Shown here: piece after piece, positions 51,230-54,163 of the stretch
Position numbering within the stretch: the first letter of the stretch is position 1
Layout: each line of letters starts with the position of its first letter
Origin: an uncultured Bacilli bacterium
GTDB lineage: Bacteria; Bacillota_I; Bacilli_A; RF39; UBA660
DNA length: 54,163 bases
NCBI GenBank assembly: GCA_944350485.1
Contig: CALVPE010000019.1
Coordinates: 1-54,163, forward strand
Direction of reading: 5' to 3'
Position numbers and translations under genes: made by a program
The notes under the pieces: generated by a model
Databases searched by the model: none
The model's input: the letters and a program-made list of their open reading frames with translations, nothing else
What the model was told of the DNA's origin: nothing

Positions 51230-52064
51230 AATAATTTGTTCTACTTCAGAAGTTGATAAGTAGAATATTCACTAATTAAATTTAAAGGTAAATTTTTATG
51301 ATACATATTCATAATCATTTTTTAGTTTCAAGACTTCCTACATCTTTTCATTTAAAATAAGCACTTTTATGAAGAATTTTTCTCCATTATTCGCCAACTT
51401 TCTTTATTCATAATTTCCATCCTATAAGTATCTTTATTTGATAAATAAATTAGCTTTATTTAATAATTATTAAGTAGTTTTTCTTCTTTGATAAAAGATT
51501 TTAACTTATCTTTTTTTTGTAATTGTAAGATACTTACAAACTTTTCACATTACCATAACTTTTTTAAGACATTTATAAGACTTATATTTAGACAATATCA
51601 TCCCAAACCAACCTTATAAATTTAATTATTAAGCATTACATATTTTATTTAATTACACCATCTTTTTATACATCAGTTAGTTTAAATCTATCAATAAACA
51701 AATTAATCTCTTTTTAATCCACTCCTCACTATAACCCTTATTACGATAATAATTAACAGCTCTATTAATAGTAAGTTCAGGATCAAATACTTCATCAATT
51801 CTTTCACTTCCAAGAGATGCTAACCAAAGTTTAAATGGTTCTGCTTTAGGACTTAGAATAGTTTAAATTAAACGTAAAATACCCTTTATATCAAGTGTAT
51901 CGGTTTCTCTTAATTTTCCATCTTGAGATTTCATTTTCAAACGTACGATATTTTCGTACAATTGACTTCCTTCATCAACAAGTTTCTTTTTCAACATCCC
52001 ATATACTTCTAATTTCTTTATCTTCAAAAAGATTTGATATTGTTTTTAATTTATTTTCTTACAT
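51230..52064 (-). pseudogene. decayed DinD/Bro-N-like (DNA-damage-inducible protein D-like) gene
   Basis: Minus-strand fragments read LFEDKEIRSIWDVEKE, then LVDEGSQLYENIVRLKMKSQDGKLRETDTLDIKGILRLI*TILSPKAEPFKLWLASLGSERIDEVFDPELTINRAVNYYRNKGYSEEWIKKRL. These carry a stop at codon 2, an internal deletion with frameshift, and a TAA where family members have Gln. The C-terminal half is heavily degraded. The boundaries are approximate. Confidence 0.6.
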
Positions 52065-52280
52065 ATTTAACTATCTATTTCCTCCTTTCTTTTTGATAAA
52101 TTCACTATAACAAGCTCTATTAAAAAACGCAAATTATGATTTTAAAATCAAAACTATTTCAAATAAGAAAATTACTTAATATAAATTTTTTAAATTAACT
52201 ATCTTTTTTTAAGTAATTTTTCAATTTTAACTAAATTTCTAAAAAAAACATTTTTCTTACTTAACATAATTTTACACATA

Positions 52281-53249
52281 TTATTTAACATAACTAAAAT
52301 AATGTTTATAAAAATTATAATTATTTATATTAATTTTCTTTAAAATAATTTTCTTTTCCTTCTTACTAATTCTTTTAATAATCTTATTATTTTTAACCAA
52401 ATACTTAATACCTAAAAAAGAAAAACCTTCATAACTAACATAAATCTTTGTCTTACTATTAAACTCTAATTCTAATTTTTTAATCTCTATCTTTAACTTA
52501 TTAAAGATAGAAACTAATCTTTCTTTATCACTATCAAAAATAATTCCATCATCCATATATCTTATATAATATTTACAACCAATTTTTTCTTTAATAAAAT
52601 GATCTAAATCATTTAAATAAAAAACAGCCAACATTTGACTACAAATAGAACCAATACTTAAACCATAACCAATTTTATAATAAGGTAAATTAAGTTTATA
52701 TTTATCATTTATTTTTTTTATATTTAAATTAATATAACTTTGATTAGTACATTTAATAATATTTTTAACAATTAAAATTTCTTCTTTATTTAAATATTTA
52801 CTTAATTTATTAAGTAAAATATCATGATTAATATTAAAAAAATATTTTTTTATATCAAACTTTAAAATATAAAATATCTTATTATTCTTTTTAATATCAA
52901 TTAAATATTTATTTATTAAATATCTTCCATATTTAGTACCTTTATTTACCCTACTAGCTACATTACTATTGATTAAATTTTTATCTAATTTACTAAGTAT
53001 AAAATCACTTACTAAATGATTATAAATCTTATCATAAATATTATTACTAAGTATTAAACGATATTTTTTATCTTTAATGAAAAAAATATTATAATTACCT
53101 AATTTATAATCATTATTATTAATCTTCTTAACAATATAATTAATATTACTATAAAGTAATAATTCAAAATAAAATATTTTATTTTTATTTCTTATATTAC
53201 TTCTTATTTTTAAATAAACATTATATACTATTTCAAAATTAACATTCAT
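52281..53249 (-). CDS. diversity-generating retroelement (DGR)-type reverse transcriptase
   Basis: RT motifs ILKFDIKKYFFNINH, GLSIGSICSQMLAVFYLNDLDHFI (the DGR-type I/LGxxxSQ rather than the QGxxxSP of group II introns and retrons), YIRYMDDGIIF and SFLGIKY. About 320 aa. The ATG overlaps the avd TGA stop (ATGA). Confidence 0.85.
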   Translation of the reverse strand: MNVNFEIVYNVYLKIRSNIRNKNKIFYFELLLYSNINYIVKKINNNDYKLGNYNIFFIKDKKYRLILSNNIYDKIYNHLVSDFILSKLDKNLINSNVASRVNKGTKYGRYLINKYLIDIKKNNKIFYILKFDIKKYFFNINHDILLNKLSKYLNKEEILIVKNIIKCTNQSYINLNIKKINDKYKLNLPYYKIGYGLSIGSICSQMLAVFYLNDLDHFIKEKIGCKYYIRYMDDGIIFDSDKERLVSIFNKLKIEIKKLELEFNSKTKIYVSYEGFSFLGIKYLVKNNKIIKRISKKEKKIILKKININNYNFYKHYFSYVK

Positions 53250-53575
53250 TTCATCCAACCTAAAACTAATTTTAAAATAGTTAATAAATCTTTACTAATA
53301 TTATCATATTGCTTATCTAAAACAATATGATATTTTAATAATTTAAAAAAATAAAAATCTAGCATTTTAATTTTTACAATTATTTTCCTTTGATAATTTT
53401 TTCTTTTATTAATTTCTAATAAATTAGTATAATAAATATCTTCTAAAATAGAATACATTGTATTAATAATTTTTGTTTTTAAATCTTTATAAGAATTATT
53501 TAAATTAATAACTAATAATTCATATCTATTTATAAATAATTTATATTCTTTAATTAAAATTAATTTATCAGTCAT
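53246..53575 (-). CDS. avd: Avd-like accessory variability determinant (four-helix-bundle type)
   Basis: 109-aa basic helical protein immediately upstream of, and overlapping, the RT. The segment YELLVINL and the C-terminal LVLGWMK resemble the Avd pattern (YERV...ILGSW). GAGGT RBS. Confidence 0.7.
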   Translation of the reverse strand: MTDKLILIKEYKLFINRYELLVINLNNSYKDLKTKIINTMYSILEDIYYTNLLEINKRKNYQRKIIVKIKMLDFYFFKLLKYHIVLDKQYDNISKDLLTILKLVLGWMK

Positions 53576-53909
53576 AATTACCTCGATAATTATCTATTAG
53601 TTGTTGAATTTCATATTTTTTATTAGCCAACATTAAATAATAATCATATTGATTATTAACAAAATCATGATAAATACCTAAATAAAAATAATTAATATAA
53701 AGTTTATCAAAAATATAGAAAATATAATCAAGATTATTTTTAGGAAGAAATCCTATTTGATTATTTAATTTGATATTAAAAAGATAATAACAAATAATTG
53801 CATCTTTCCCTATAACTTTAAGAAACAAACCATTGTTTATTAAAATTATTTTATTGGAATTAACACTTATATATGTTTGATTAGTGTACCCCTCCCCCCA
53901 GATTGACAT
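53568..53909 (-). CDS. small MutS-domain-I-like accessory protein of the DGR cassette
   Basis: 113 aa. The segment QTYISVNSNKIILINNGLFLKVIGKDAIICYYLFNIKL...GFLPKNNLDYIFYIFDKLYINY aligns by eye with the MutS mismatch-binding domain I pattern (QY..iK....ilffr.GDFYE.F..DA...a..L.i.LT......GvP......y...L...G). It overlaps avd by 8 nt. Confidence 0.5.
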   Translation of the reverse strand: MSIWGEGYTNQTYISVNSNKIILINNGLFLKVIGKDAIICYYLFNIKLNNQIGFLPKNNLDYIFYIFDKLYINYFYLGIYHDFVNNQYDYYLMLANKKYEIQQLIDNYRGNYD

Positions 53910-54006
53910 GTCAATTTATGTAAATATTCCTTATTGTTCAAACATTTTTTAGTGTTTTTTGATTGATTTTCTTGCATAAATTTTACATTTCCTTTCTTAA
54001 ATATAT

Positions 54007-54036
54007 AAAAAAGAAACACATCCCATTTGTGTTTCT
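54007..54036 (-). terminator. rho-independent terminator upstream of the DGR cassette
   Basis: 9-bp stem agaaacaca / tgtgtttct with a 7-nt loop, followed on the minus strand by a T-run. It insulates the cassette from whatever lies beyond the window end. Confidence 0.7.
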
Positions 54037-54163
54037 AAAAAAAACTTAATGCGAGTTTACTAGCCTTCTATCACCTAAAGCGAACAAGACATCTCCATTT
54101 AATATTTTAGTCTACAAAATATAAACAAGGAAACGTGGCTGTTTATAGTCTTTTATAACTAAG

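Noticed and set aside
51895-52110. 71-aa plus-strand ORF in the tyrS-DGR spacer
   Set aside because: It is antisense to recognisable DinD/Bro-N-like coding remnants on the minus strand. It has no RBS and a low-complexity sequence.
54037-54163. Possible 3' end of a DGR target gene, structured RNA or TR at the window edge. The minus strand has relatively G/C-richer sequence, and one frame reads ...KDYKQPRFLVYIL*TKILNGDVLFALGDRRLVNSH* with an in-frame TAG
   Set aside because: The stretch is too short and is truncated by the window. It has no resemblance to C-type-lectin VR sequences, no repeat partner in the window, and no recognisable RNA family motifs. It is noted only as something to examine with more flanking sequence.

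Overview
This is a very AT-rich, gene-dense bacterial chromosomal segment in the style of a low-GC Firmicutes or Mollicutes-related organism. It appears to use the standard genetic code: Trp is TGG throughout the long conserved genes, and TGA serves as the stop in several ATGA stop/start overlaps.

Housekeeping content:
- ftsY-ylxM
- the str operon rpsL-rpsG-fusA-tuf, with a canonical promoter
- rpsD
- tRNA-Arg(CCU)
- miaB plus a ymcA-like gene
- a MacB-type ABC exporter pair
- a Crp/Fnr regulator divergent from nrdD-nrdG-dut
- htrA
- uvrB
- an S41 peptidase
- a ZIP transporter
- tyrS behind a T-box leader

Accessory and unusual content:
1. At the right end there is a three-gene diversity-generating retroelement (DGR) cassette, tightly translationally coupled and extremely AT-rich. 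It consists of a MutS-domain-I-like small ORF, Avd and a DGR-type reverse transcriptase. I could find no template/variable repeat pair for it. It sits beside a decayed DinD/Bro-N-like gene.
2. An Abi_2-like gene lies next to a Fic-fold protein whose catalytic His is replaced, followed by a coupled operon of four unknown proteins. Two of these are ~580 aa and coiled-coil-rich. This is a candidate uncharacterised system.
3. A surface protein with three FN3 repeats and a transglutaminase-like core is interrupted by one in-frame TGA, exactly at the conserved FN3 Trp position.
4. A ~460 bp IS3-family relic retains both terminal inverted repeats.
5. A HerA/DUF87-type ATPase and an ABC protein with a degenerate nucleotide-binding domain occupy the position downstream of ylxM where ffh normally sits.

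No rRNA genes or CRISPR arrays were seen.
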